This document shows, in pieces, positions 1 through 10,224 of a stretch of DNA of 36,232 nucleotides. The translations under genes were made by a program, and so were the position numbers. Below the pieces are notes generated by a model, which did no database searches, had not been told where the DNA came from, and worked only from the letters and a program-made list of their open reading frames with translations. The first letter of the stretch is position 1. Every line of letters begins with the position of its first letter. The stretch is from Octopus bimaculoides (Eukaryota). Location: the NCBI RefSeq assembly GCF_001194135.2, contig NC_069005.1, positions 26,627,156-26,663,387 on the forward strand. Reading direction: 5' to 3'.

Positions 1-390
1 AACACAAACGCATGCTACTACAGAGTATAGATCACACATATGGGGCAGCACAATGGACAAGAAGGAGAGGGGCAGAGATGGTTGACTAATTGGCATTCTT
101 TTTTTCTTATTCTCATTGTATCACTGGTACTGAATTTAGCAATCTGTAGGAAAATAAAGACCAAATTTTGAACTCGGTACAACTTACTACACCGAAGAAA
201 AAAAAAAAAAATGATCCAATGAATAGCTTGTTTTTAATCACAGATTTTTTTTTAAACAGTTTTTGTTGTTTTTTTTTTTTTAATCATTTAATCAACTTGC
301 CTGAGACAGCCTTTGGCTAGGGTTATATTTTGTCTTTCTTGATGTATTTATTAATACAACATAAAGAGGGAAGTGTTAAGTTCACTGGAC

Positions 391-940
391 ATGATGATGG
401 TGATGACGATGATGGCAGTTTCTTTGTGTTTGAAGGTTACGAGAAAGAGTGGCACACCCTCAAGTGGTTATGTAAACTGATCCCTAACACTTCAAGGCTT
501 TTCTTCCTGCTTGTGATTAGTAGTTTTGATGTGAGAATAAGTCTGTGTAATCCCCTCCCACCCTTTAAAGTTGGATGTCTGACCACTGCAGGCTAAGATG
601 GCTAAGATGGCTGTAGTGTCCAGCAAGCTGTAGATTTTGGCGTTGGAGAGGCCTTCTCTTAGGTGAAGTGCCTTATGGAGTTAGAAAGTTCCACTTGCCC
701 TGGAGTTGCTGGAAGGGTGTTAAAGAGAGCAGCAGACCACCTGAAGGACTCCATTCTTTGATTTTCTGTTGAGGTTGGCTTCCCTAGCCTTTTCCTTTCC
801 CAAGAGGCACTCATAAAGCAGTGAGGGTTTGTGCTTGCAGTTTCTGGCTGGGACCCTGGGAGGTGCTTCAATTCCAGATCAGAGTAGACCTGGAAACAAT
901 GGTGAGTCCACATTCGGAACTCCTGAACCCCGGTCATGCC
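391..940 (-). mobile_element. Interspersed repeat family G copy 1 (about 530 bp, (CAT)n-like tail; possibly an RTE-dependent SINE)
   Basis: Its reverse complement aligns by eye along most of its length with 31620-32155 (e.g. TTGGGAAAGGAAAAgGCTAGGGAAGcCAACCTC, ACACCCTTCCAGCAA, AAAACTACTAA.CACA.GCAG.AAGAAAAGCC). Both copies end at GCCATC. Confidence 0.75.
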
Positions 941-944
941 AATT

Positions 945-1200
945 TAAAGATTCAATTTAAAGTCATACTTGAGACAAACTGGCCATCATATGAAAAAAAA
1001 CAAAATCTTGAACATGTGGTCACATCTGGAAAACTGAAGAGAAAAAAAGGACCAGAGAAGAAACAGAAAATGTGCAATGGCTTTAACTGCTGGCTACAGA
1101 AAGATTGATTCCAATAAAGCACTAACTTGTACAGGGGACAGGAAGGAGTGAAGGTCCATGATTGCCAACACCTATAAACATGGCACATGGAGAAGATACA
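945..1200 (+). mobile_element. RTE-clade (BovB-like) LINE C-terminal fragment, decayed
   Basis: Translates to ...LEHVVTSGKLKRKKGPEKKQKMCNGFNCWL... then GDRKE*RSMIANTYKHGT, matching the RTE C-terminal pattern LE.LV.TGK.EGKR.RGR...K..DG...WL...DR..WRSMIA. Confidence 0.7.
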
Positions 1201-1460
1201 AGTTTTAAATTGTTTCATATTGAAACTAAAACCATCTACCATAATTTTCATGAAGGGACCTTTCTGTTCAGCTATGTTCCAAACACCAGATTGATAGTGT
1301 AGAAGTTGGGTATTTTACTAAATTTCCAAATTCTTTTATCATTTACAGAATTAAAATATATAAGCTGAGTATGGTACTTAAATGGTATGGGACTTATCTG
1401 GCATGGTATAGTTGACTACATTTTGTCTGATATCATGGATATCACCACCCACCATCCAAT

Positions 1461-1775
1461 GAAGGCACATGGCTTAGTGGTTAGGGTATTCAGCTCACAA
1501 CTGTAAAGCCATGAGTTCAATTTCCAGTTGCACATTGTGTCCTTGAGCAAGACACTTTATTTCACATTACTCCAGTCCACTCAGCTGGCCAAAATGAGTA
1601 GTACCTGTAATTCGAAAGGGGCCAGCCTTGTCACACTCTGTATCATGCTGAATTTCCCATTAAGGGAATGCATGTCTGTGGAGTGCTCAGCCATTTGCAC
1701 ATTAATTTCATGAGCAGACTGTTCCATTGATTGGATCAACTACAACCTCTGTCACTGTAGCTGATGGACTGCCAG
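1461..1775 (+). mobile_element. tRNA-headed CORE-type SINE (family D)
   Basis: A-box TGGCTTAGTGG and B-box GAGTTCAATTTCC, followed by CORE-like TGTGTCCTTGAGCAAGACACTT. Its 3' end (GGATCAAC...TGCCA) recurs at 32517-32560. Confidence 0.75.
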
Positions 1776-1955
1776 TTGCCTACCAACTGGCAACAAACAC
1801 CAGATGCTATTTTGTCCCAAACTCTACCAATCTTACCATCCACCATCTGATGCCCTGCCATGGTCATCTACTGTCCTTCAACAAATACTACACATCTTCT
1901 GTCCAACACACAAGCAACCATTATCACCATCCATTGTCCTACCTTAGCTAATGAT

Positions 1956-2075
1956 TATTCTATGTGCCTTGTATTCAAACTGACCAGATCAGTCTTCGCA
2001 CAATTACTCTTCAATGTCATTCTAAAAGGAAACAATCACATCATCGAAATCTCAAAGCTATGAGGTAATCCATGA
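1956..2075 (+). repeat. 120-bp exact copy of 4278-4397 (internal piece of MITE family E)
   Basis: Base-by-base comparison gives 120/120 identity; this copy has no MITE termini. Confidence 0.95.
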
Positions 2076-2151
2076 AGAAGAGATTTTTAGAGATTTTTTG
2101 CAGTTATATCGCCCACAAGTTGACATTTTTTTATTTATAAATATTAAATAA

Positions 2152-2360
2152 TATTGCTAGTTAGGCCTTAATCAGGCCTTGTCTGGCAGATCTACAGTCA
2201 AAGGATTTCAAACACTGACTAACCTGTTTCCTTTTCTTTTCTTTTTTTTCTGCATTGTATCAAGGAGAGCATCAACTCACGTCCCTTTTGTGATTTGAGA
2301 AAGGTTTGACTGCTATATCTAGCAGGTTGAGCAACTATGTGAATACTCCCTTATTGACTT
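2152..2360 (-). mobile_element. SINE-like repeat family H, decayed
   Basis: Shares GATCTA..GTCAAAGG, TGTGATTTGAG and CTGCTAT.TCTAGCAGGT.GAGC with copies at 3497, 18100-19385, 20115 and 34480. Confidence 0.65.
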
Positions 2361-2419
2361 GAATTATATGGATAGTCATGTGAAAATGATATTGTTAGTA
2401 ACACAGACCAGGAATATAA

Positions 2420-2775
2420 CACTGCAAACACCAAAAATTAAAGAGTGGCCACTGCAAACACCAAAAGTAGCAGAGTGACCAATGCAAACACCAAAAATTA
2501 AAGAGTGGCCACTGCAAACCTCAATAGTTATGGAGTGGCCACTGGAAGTCTCAAAAGTTAAGGAGTGGCTACTGCACACAGCAAAAGTTATGGAGTGACC
2601 AATGCACACAGCAAAAGTTATGGAGTGACCAATGCACACAAAAAAAGTTATAGAATGACCACTGCATACAAAAAAGTCATGGAGTGACCACTGCATACAA
2701 AAGTTATGGAGTGACCACTGCAAACATCAAAAATTATGGAACGACCACAGCAAACAGCAAAAATTAAGGAATGTC
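2420..2775. repeat. 30-bp minisatellite, about 12 diverged units
   Basis: Consensus about CACTGCAAACACCAAAAGTTATGGAGTGAC; starts at 2420, 2450, 2480 and so on, with slightly shorter units near 2690-2720. Confidence 0.9.
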
Positions 2776-2990
2776 TGTGTGTATATGTTTGTGTGTCTGT
2801 GTTTGTCCCCGCCAACATCACTTGACAACCGATGCTGGTGTGTTTACGTCCCCCGTAACTTAGCAGTTCGGCAAAAGAGACTGATAGAATAAGTACTAGG
2901 CTTACAAAGAATAAGTCCCGGGGTCGATTTGCTCGACTGAAAAGGCGGTGCTCCCGCATGGCCACAGTCAAATGACTGAAACAAGTAAAA

Positions 2991-3029
<39 letters not shown>

Positions 3030-3045
3030 TAATAATGATAATAAT
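2776..3045 (+). mobile_element. 3' half of SINE family C with (AAT)n tail
   Basis: (GT)-rich linker, then CTTGACAACCGATGCTGGTGTGTTTACGTCCCCCGTAACTTAGC...GGCGGTGCTCC.GCATGGCCACAGTC; same as the reverse complement of the 20741-20930 part of the full copy. Confidence 0.8.
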
Positions 3046-3496
3046 AGCGAGATAGAAAATGATGGTGTGTACCTCCCTCTCTCACATATGTTATTAGTGA
3101 CAACAATAAACATTTGATGGTAATTCAAACTATTTTTCTTAAATAAAAGTAGAAAGAAAGATTCAGAAATCTCAGAATAAAAGACTTTGATTGTTTAAAC
3201 ACACAAACACACACACACAGAGTGTAACTGATATTTTTGCAGACAGAATGGTATCTACTCAATGTTATCGCACCAGACACTGGTACACACAACCATTCTG
3301 CTAACCAAAATAAGACTCTGTATATAGCACTGCAACTGCAGATGGTTGTATTTGCTGCACATTTTTACATCAAATTCCAATTCCAATTCCACCGCGCACA
3401 TATGCACACATGCAACGATACTGCTCCCCCCTACTCCTTCCCTCTAATTTCTCCTTCCTCCCCTTCTGCACCTCACCTCCATCCTGACACACATTT

Positions 3497-3732
3497 GCCA
3501 ACAAAACATCCTCTATGTGCTGGCTTTCCTTGCAAGAAATAGTGGCCAAATCTCAATATACACCACCGTACCATCTTAAAAAAGAAAACAAAAACAAAAA
3601 ACAAACAAACCAACCAAAGAAACAGTTATTATTATAACCCACTGGAAAAAGAAAAATTAAAACAGGATGGTCATAGTTGGTGTATTTTTGATCATAGGTC
3701 TGCTTCATTCAAGCAGACTGCTGCTAAACAAC
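3497..3732 (+). mobile_element. SINE-like repeat family H (sense orientation, ends ...GCTAAACAAC)
   Basis: AGAAATAGTGGCCAAATCTC and GGATGGTCAT...TTTGATCATAGGTCTGC are the reverse complement of the other H copies. Confidence 0.7.
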
Positions 3733-3841
3733 ATACATACATACCAAGCACATATACGTCTCAATGCACTCAAACCCAATCTGACCAACTCTCTTGCCAC
3801 GTACAATGTGTCCCAGGATGAGCTCCTAAGAGAACTCCTAT

Positions 3842-4005
3842 TCATCATCATCATCAACAACATTTAATATCCATTCTCCAAGCTGGCATGGGTTGGATGG
3901 CTCGACAGACCTTGCAAGGCCAGGGCGCCACACAAGGATCCTATAATTTATTTTGGCTTGGTTTGATTTCTACAGCTGGATGCCCTTCCTAATGCCAACC
4001 ACTTT
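3842..4005 (-). mobile_element. SINE family B 3' part, (GAT)n tail, V-domain-like motif
   Basis: CATCATC..TTTAA...GCATGGGTTGGA...TTTCTACAGCTGGATGCCCTTCCTAATGCCAACC recurs at 10304 and, closely similar, at 34886. GGATGCCCTTCC..GC.ACC recalls the V-SINE central domain (from memory). Confidence 0.75.
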
Positions 4006-4237
4006 GATCAAAAGTATATCAGCCATTGTAATAAAAGAATTAAAATATGGTGCACACGTTCTAAGTTTTTTATTCACAGAACAACAAACTCTTTTCTATT
4101 TAAAAAAAAAAATGAAGTGGGGCCACACATTACAGCCTAAATCCGATAAAAGAACTCTTAGGATGATCACAGACAGAAACATCAGTAATTGTCATATTGA
4201 TGTCTCCAGTGGTCTACACCATGTACAGCAGCTCTGC

Positions 4238-4465
4238 TGAACCCTTTAGCATTCAAACTGGCCAAATCAGGGCCAAATATTCTATGTGCCTTGTATTCAA
4301 ACTGACCAGATCAGTCTTCGCACAATTACTCTTCAATGTCATTCTAAAAGGAAACAATCACATCATCGAAATCTCAAAGCTATGAGGTAATCCATGATTA
4401 ATTTAAAACAATGTGAATAAATAAGCAAGAAATTTGACAGAGTTACCTGAATGCTAAACAGCTAA
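4238..4465. mobile_element. piggyBac-like MITE (family E), near full length
   Basis: Left end TGAA-CCCTTTAGCATTCA and right end TGAATGCTAAACAGCTAA are decayed versions of TTAA-CCCTTTAGCATTCA...TGAATGCTAAAGGG-TTAA (intact right end at 19996-20013). TTAA plus a CCC terminus is the piggyBac signature. Confidence 0.7.
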
Positions 4466-5092
4466 GAACAAAAAAAAAAAAAAACCTATATACACAAAAC
4501 AACNNNNNNNNNNAAAAAAAAAAAAACCTATATACACAAAACAACAACAGTAAATGCCATTGATTAATCAGATGATGTGGAAAGAGAAATTTCTTGAAAA
4601 TAACAGAAAAGAAGAAATTTTAAAAAAAAAACGAAATCACCCCCCCCCCTTCCCCAAGTAACCCTCAATTCCTCTTCTCTCCTTTCCTCACAAAATTGGT
4701 AAGAGGTCTAATTACTAAAGAACAATACTGACAAGAAGATTACTTGAAAATAACTTTAGAGATAAGGATATTTTAGCATCTGTAGGGTGGAGTTTCCTGT
4801 ATTATAAATCAAAATAATACACACATGCACATGTATGCATGCATATACACACACCCATGTGTGCACTTGCACACATGCTACTAGTTTCACCACAATATAG
4901 TTATTTGGGTAATGTTTCTCGATCCACCTTCTTGTGTTGTTTTTTAAAATATCTCTATATCACTCTAACCCTCAGACCACCGGATGTTGTTTTACACTGC
5001 TGGTCACAGTGCATTTCTTTGCGTTCGCACAGCTTTCAGCAGATGCCACCCTGCTAGGCAGGCAGGCAGGCAGGCAGGCTGGCCAACATTCT

Positions 5093-5482
5093 TTTCTATT
5101 CTAGGCACAAGGCCCAAAATTTTCGGGGAGGGGGCCAGTCGATTAGATCAACCCCAGTGTGCAACTGGTACTTAATTTATCAACCCTGAAAGGATGAAAG
5201 GTAAAGTCGACCTCGACAGGATTTGAACTCAGAAGGTAAAATAGGCTGGTCAACACCCTCGCTGAACAGAAAACCCGTCCATTATATGGTGACCCATTTA
5301 CAACGGAGCGGACTGGAGCAATGTGAAATTAAGTGTTTTGCTCAATAACACAATGTAGTGCCAGTCCAGGATTTGAAACCACAATCTTGCAATCGTGGGT
5401 GAAAAATTGATACTTTATTAACCTTGAAAGGACGAAAGCCAAGGTTGACGTCAGCAGGATTTGAACTCATATGTAGAGAGCC
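5093..5482 (-). mobile_element. SINE cluster: family A (5093-5240), D-like CORE SINE (about 5270-5400), family A fragment (about 5405-5482)
   Basis: The A copies carry GAAAGGATGAAAGG.AAAGTC.ACCTC and ATTTGAACTCA (reverse B-box); the middle piece reverse-complements to TTGTGTTATTGAGCAAAACACTTAATTTCACATTGCTCCAGTCC. Confidence 0.75.
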
Positions 5483-5552
5483 TACGTGATTATCAAACAA
5501 ATTGGCCAAACCAATTTACTATTTGTCTTTTGTTTTTAAAGCCAAAATAAAT

Positions 5553-5763
5553 ACTGGTTTCAAATTTTGGCACAATGCCAGCAATTTCAAGGGAGGGGCT
5601 AAGTTGATTACATTGATCCCAGTATTCAACTGGTACTTATTTTGTCGACCCCTGAAAGGATGAAAGGTAAAGTCAATCTTAGCAGAATTTGAACTCAGAA
5701 CTTAAAGACAAATGAAATGTTGCCAAGCGTTTTGCCCAGCATGCTAACAATTCTGCCAGCTCA
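5553..5763 (-). mobile_element. SINE family A, full length
   Basis: Reverse complement begins TGAGCTGGCAGAATTGTTAGCA and includes B-box GAGTTCAAATTC and central GACTTTACCTTTCATCCTTTC.GGGGTCGA. Confidence 0.85.
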
Positions 5764-5863
5764 ATGCATTTAAGCCAGAACAAATATTGCAAAGGATTTT
5801 GCTGGCCCCTAAGTGGTTCTACCAATTCTTACTCCTACTCTTGAGGTTATTAATGATTGAATA

Positions 5864-6090
5864 AAAGCGGTGAGCTGGCAGAATTGTTAGCACGCTGGCA
5901 AAATGCTTAGCAGTATTTCGTCTGCTGTTACGTTTTCTGAGTTCAAATTCTGCCGAGGTTGACTTTACCTTTCATCCTTTCGGGGGCCGATAAAATAAGT
6001 ACCGGTTACGCACTGGGGTCGATGTAATCGACTAGCCCCCTTCCCTCAAAAAATTTCCAAAGCTTTGTGCCTACAGTAGGAATAATCATT
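5864..6090 (+). mobile_element. SINE family A, full length
   Basis: AAAGCGGTGAGCTGGCAGAATTGTTAGCA head, B-box GAGTTCAAATTC, central CCTTTCATCCTTTCGGGGGCCGATAAAATAAGTACC (Meta-domain-like, from memory), 3' TTGTGCCTACAGTAG. Confidence 0.85.
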
Positions 6091-6419
6091 AACAATTGAA
6101 CAAAAGTACTGTTTGGAGGGGGAAAAGAGAATAGAAAATAGAATGACAAGGAAATGGTGTGTGTTCAATAGAGATTTCATGTTTCCTCTACAAGGATATC
6201 GTTAAGAGTTCTATGACGATACTATTAATTTATAAAAGAAATGAAATCAGTTTTAATTATTACTAATTAGGGAACAAGATACTATTCAAAGAGAGTGGAA
6301 AAAATGGGGGGGGGGAATTAAACAGGAAAAGGAAATGTTTATTCTAGTGGAGTTTCATATTACTCATAATCCCTAACAGCAATGGTGTTATGGATTTTGA
6401 ATAAGTACCTATGTGTGTG

Positions 6420-6426
6420 ATAGCAT

Positions 6427-6458
<32 letters not shown>

Positions 6459-6910
6459 AAGAGAGAGAGGGAGAAAGAAAGAGAGAGAGAAAGAAAGAGA
6501 GATTTTGTGTGCCTATTCAATATTTTTTTTTCTCAGGAAAGACTTGACTAAACATATGTAGTAACCTCATGATAAACTCAATTTCTTAGAGATAACATTA
6601 TACCTCACCAACAAAACTTTTCAACAGTACATTAAATCTAATGATTCAACATTATTATTATCATCCATGTGTGTGTGTGTGTATGTATGTATACATATAT
6701 ATATTTATACACACACACACACACATATATACATATATATATATATACACAACAATTCAACCCACCCACATGTATTATTAAAATCAAGCCAGCAATCTAA
6801 ACAAACAAATATTGACACTTACGAGAAAGCAATATTCAATAGAAATTGTGAATACTCACATACTAACATACATAGATACACACGCACACACACACATATA
6901 TATATATATC
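6420..6910. repeat. Microsatellite zone: (GA)n about 6427-6502; (GT)/(AT)/(CA)n about 6667-6750 and 6880-6910
   Basis: Directly visible dinucleotide runs. Confidence 0.9.
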
Positions 6911-6924
6911 CTTCATCTTTTACT

Positions 6925-7134
6925 TCTTTCAGTCATTGGACTGACTAAATTACGGGGATGTAAACAAACCAACATCAGCTGGAAAATAATGGCAGGGAAC
7001 AAACACACACGACAGGCTTCTTTCTGTTTCCATCTACCAAATCCACTCACAAGGCTTTGGTCAGCCTGGGGCTATAGTAGACGAAACTTGGCCAAGGTGC
7101 CATGCTGTGGGACTGAACACAGAACCATGCAGTT
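6925..7134 (-). mobile_element. SINE family C, internally deleted, running into a gap
   Basis: CCACTCACAAGGCTTTGGTC.GCCTGGGGCTATAGTAGA...CCAAGGTGCCA...GGGACTGAAC matches 21076-21155; CORE-like CACCTTGGCCAAGT on the minus strand. Confidence 0.8.
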
Positions 7135-7893
7135 NNNNNNNNNNNNNNNNNNNNNNNNNNNNNNNNNNNNNNNNNNNNNNNNNNNNNNNNNNNNNNNNNN
7201 NNNNNNNNNNNNNNNNNNNNNNNNNNNNNNNNNNNNNNNNNNNNNNNNNNNNNNNNNNNNNNNNNNNNNNNNNNNNNNNNNNNNNNNNNNNNNNNNNNNN
7301 NNNNNNNNNNNNNNNNNNNNNNNNNNNNNNNNNNNNNNNNNNNNNNNNNNNNNNNNNNNNNNNNNNNNNNNNNNNNNNNNNNNNNNNNNNNNNNNNNNNN
7401 NNNNNNNNNNNNNNNNNNNNNNNNNNNNNNNNNNNNNNNNNNNNNNNNNNNNNNNNNNNNNNNNNNNNNNNNNNNNNNNNNNNNNNNNNNNNNNNNNNNN
7501 NNNNNNNNNNNNNNNNNNNNNNNNNNNNNNNNNNNNNNNNNNNNNNNNNNNNNNNNNNNNNNNNNNNNNNNNNNNNNNNNNNNNNNNNNNNNNNNNNNNN
7601 NNNNNNNNNNNNNNNNNNNNNNNNNNNNNNNNNNNNNNNNNNNNNNNNNNNNNNNNNNNNNNNNNNNNNNNNNNNNNNNNNNNNNNNNNNNNNNNNNNNN
7701 NNNNNNNNNNNNNNNNNNNNNNNNNNNNNNNNNNNNNNNNNNNNNNNNNNNNNNNNNNNNNNNNNNNNNNNNNNNNNNNNNNNNNNNNNNNNNNNNNNNN
7801 NNNNNNNNNNNNNNNNNNNNNNNNNNNNNNNNNNNNNNNNNNNNNNNNNNNNNNNNNNNNNNNNNNNNNNNNNNNNNNNNNNNNNNNNNNNNN
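7135..7893. other. Assembly gap (largest). Other gaps: 4504-4513, 13824-14354, 15344-15353, 25429-25686, 26500-26509, 31044-31206, 32506-32515, 33104-33766
   Basis: N runs, mostly abutting microsatellites or SINEs. Confidence 0.98.
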
Positions 7894-8720
7894 TATATAT
7901 ATATATACATATGTGTATATATATATACATAATACATACACACATACGATGTACATGAAGGTTGTAAGAGGTATTAGAGGACCTATTTGTTAATTTAATA
8001 AGATAACCCACATCTAACAAAAACCAAAGGTATTTCAATAAAAATTTGTGTACATGTTCTCAAACAATGTGTGTGTATGTGTGTACTCGCATGCATATGC
8101 ATACACAATTTGAAGTCACTGCCAAACCTTCCCTTGTAAAAGTCTAAGAAATAAACATATACACGTATGCGATAGTAAAGTAAATACTACTTTTACGTGT
8201 TTGTAAAAGGCAATAACAAAATCAGTATCTAGATGAAAGAATTTCGCTTCACCCATAATTCTATTGCTCTGATTACAAGCTAGGTTATTTGGCTAGCTGG
8301 TTGGTTGGTTGGTATGTCAAGGAGGCCAGTGGGTGGATAGAGAGTGTGTACGGAGATGTCCTTGGGGACAGCGGAGTCTGCTGTATGGAGGTAAATACCC
8401 TGATGTCGCCATCTAGGTCATATGATCCGCAATAGATAAGCACTTCATTGATATACACACAGCTCCACCTTACAGTAATTGTCATCCCCACCCCACGTCC
8501 CACTAACATTCCTTTAGAACACCCCTTGGTCACCAAAACCAACTAATACTAGGCTGATAGTGGGCGAGATCAGATATCGTAAATAACCATGTCTGAGAGC
8601 TGGTTCTGAAGAGAGTGTGAAAACATGCCCTGTTCTGGCAATTTATTTCACTGGGTTTTTACAGAATAGCCTGAAGTGGAAAGGCCCTCACCCACAGCCT
8701 TCCCCCATTATACTCTAAGG

Positions 8721-9000
8721 CAGGGGTTTTCAAACTGTGGTCCTCAAGGACAAGACAGGGGGTCCGTGGACAGCAAATACTTTTTATGGGCAATTTGATT
8801 TTATATATGTTTTTTAATCGAAATCTTTTAATTGATAATAAACCTATTTGCTAAATACTGTTAAATAAATAAATGTAAAAATATATGTTATTTTAAGCAA
8901 ATATTTATGCATAAATTTCATAAGCGTTTATAAGGGTTAGGGTTACGGTAAAGCCTGAAATATAAAGGGGTCCGCAAGTCAAAAAGTTTGAAAACCCCTG
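8721..9000. mobile_element. hAT (Charlie-type) MITE, 280 bp, intact
   Basis: Perfect 16-bp TIR CAGGGGTTTTCAAACT / AGTTTGAAAACCCCTG and a perfect 8-bp TSD CTCTAAGG at 8713-8720 and 9001-9008. Confidence 0.95.
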
Positions 9001-9825
9001 CTCTAAGGGATTGTCAAACAGGGTAGATTTGTATAAAGTTATATTGACTGATGTGCATACAGGGTATACTGGGTAGGTGTGTGCACTCACAAGCATGGCC
9101 TTTTTCAGTAGCCTTAAAACCAGGAACTTTTCAGCAGGCCTTCATAGAGAGTTAAAAGACAAGACGGTCAAGACCCCCTGGATACCTTTCATCATAAGTC
9201 TGCTGGATCAGAAATTGGCTTGGGAGTTGAGCAACAACAACAACAACAACAAGAGCTAATACTACCAGTAACAATGACCACTGCCTTTGACTTCACCACA
9301 CAAGCCATGGACACAACCACCTCCACCAATATCAATAAAAGGCTAAGCAAACAAACCACATTGGATGTTTTGTTTAGATGTGTTCCCCTCTTTTCTTTCA
9401 ACTCATTATGTAGCAGAATGGTGATAATGGTGGCAGGAAAGAGAGAAGGCAATTGAAGAATGGTGATGGTGGTGAGGTAACAGAGTAAACAATACCCAAA
9501 ATATAGGAGTGACACCTTAACCCACTTCTCTCCCTGGTCCACCACCAACAACAACACCATTACACTCAGGGTCAACTTTTAAAGTTACCACCAACATCAA
9601 TGGCTAAATGTGGATGTTTTAGATATTGCAAACTGATGAATCAGTGAAAAAACAAATTTCAAGGTTAGCTAACCCATTTCTTCCTTATTTTCATATTGGC
9701 CTTAGAGTGAAAAGAAAACAGTGGAGGGTGGGGTGGGGGTTATATATCAACACTATAAGGAGATAAATTGCTAAGGCATAAATACAAGAATGGCAGATAT
9801 ATAAACTATAGGGACTGATACTCTG

Positions 9826-9870
<45 letters not shown>

Positions 9871-9871
<1 letters not shown>

Positions 9872-9980
9872 TGAAGGGACATGGCCCAGTGGCTAGAGTG
9901 TCTGATACTTATTCTATTGGTCTCTTTTGCCAAACTGCTAACTTATGGGGATGTAAACACACCAACACCAGTTGCCAAGC
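9871..9980. mobile_element. Fused SINE fragments: tRNA-like head (+) joined to a family C internal piece (-)
   Basis: GGGACATGGCCCAGTGGCTAGAGTGT follows (TA)n, then TATTCTATTGGTCTCTTTTGCCAAACTGCTAACTTATGGGGATGTAAACACACCAAC. Confidence 0.6.
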
Positions 9981-10152
9981 ATATCGCGGTTTATTAAAGT
10001 TTACGTCAATTCCTCCAGGGTGTTGTTATTACAAATTATAAAAATAATTGTTTTAAAGATATATACAGTACAGTATAGAGTCTACTTCACAGATTTTCAC
10101 CCATCGCGGGAAGTTTTGCAACGTAACACCAGTAATCATTGAGGGATTACTG
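9981..10152 (-). mobile_element. Tc1/mariner (pogo/Tigger-like) MITE remnant
   Basis: Reverse complement starts TA-CAGTAATCCCTC...GTTACGTTGCAA...CCCGCGATGGGTGAAAATCTGTGAAGTAG, typical of a pogo-type terminus with a TA target. The other end is partial (AACCGCGATAT). Confidence 0.7.
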
Positions 10153-10224
10153 TATAACAACTCAGGCTACCACATGTTGGTGTTATAATCAGATAATCAT
10201 TAATCCTTTGTTATATTTCTGTTA

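Noticed and set aside
845-900. HDV-like ribozyme at the 5' part of family G (GGTCCCAGCC on the minus strand)
   Set aside because: The required L3/P1.1/J4-2 elements could not be built; the region folds more simply as a hairpin.
2420-2775. CRISPR-like regular repeat, and the 115-aa repeat ORF 2376-2723 (-)
   Set aside because: Units are contiguous with no unique spacers, the context is eukaryotic, and the ORF is just the 30-bp period read in frame, with no splice or start context.
4467-4545. Direct repeat (A)nCCTATATACACAAAACAAC on both sides of a 10-N gap
   Set aside because: Typical unmerged contig overlap; probably a single copy.
6812-8038. Long ORFs spanning N-runs (also at 13.6-14.4, 25.4-25.7, 31.0-31.2 and 33.0-33.8 kb)
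   Set aside because: Artefacts of translating gaps as X.
8586-8640. Hammerhead ribozyme core (CATGTC...CTGAAGA GAGTGT GAAAACATG...TGTTC)
   Set aside because: Stem III can form in two topologies, but stem I does not pair, stem II is minimal without a G-C closure, and there is an extra A. At best a decayed relic; an Infernal search with hammerhead models would settle it.
9630-9670. CTGATGA...GAAA hammerhead-like motif
   Set aside because: Only a 3-bp A-T stem III and no stem I partner.
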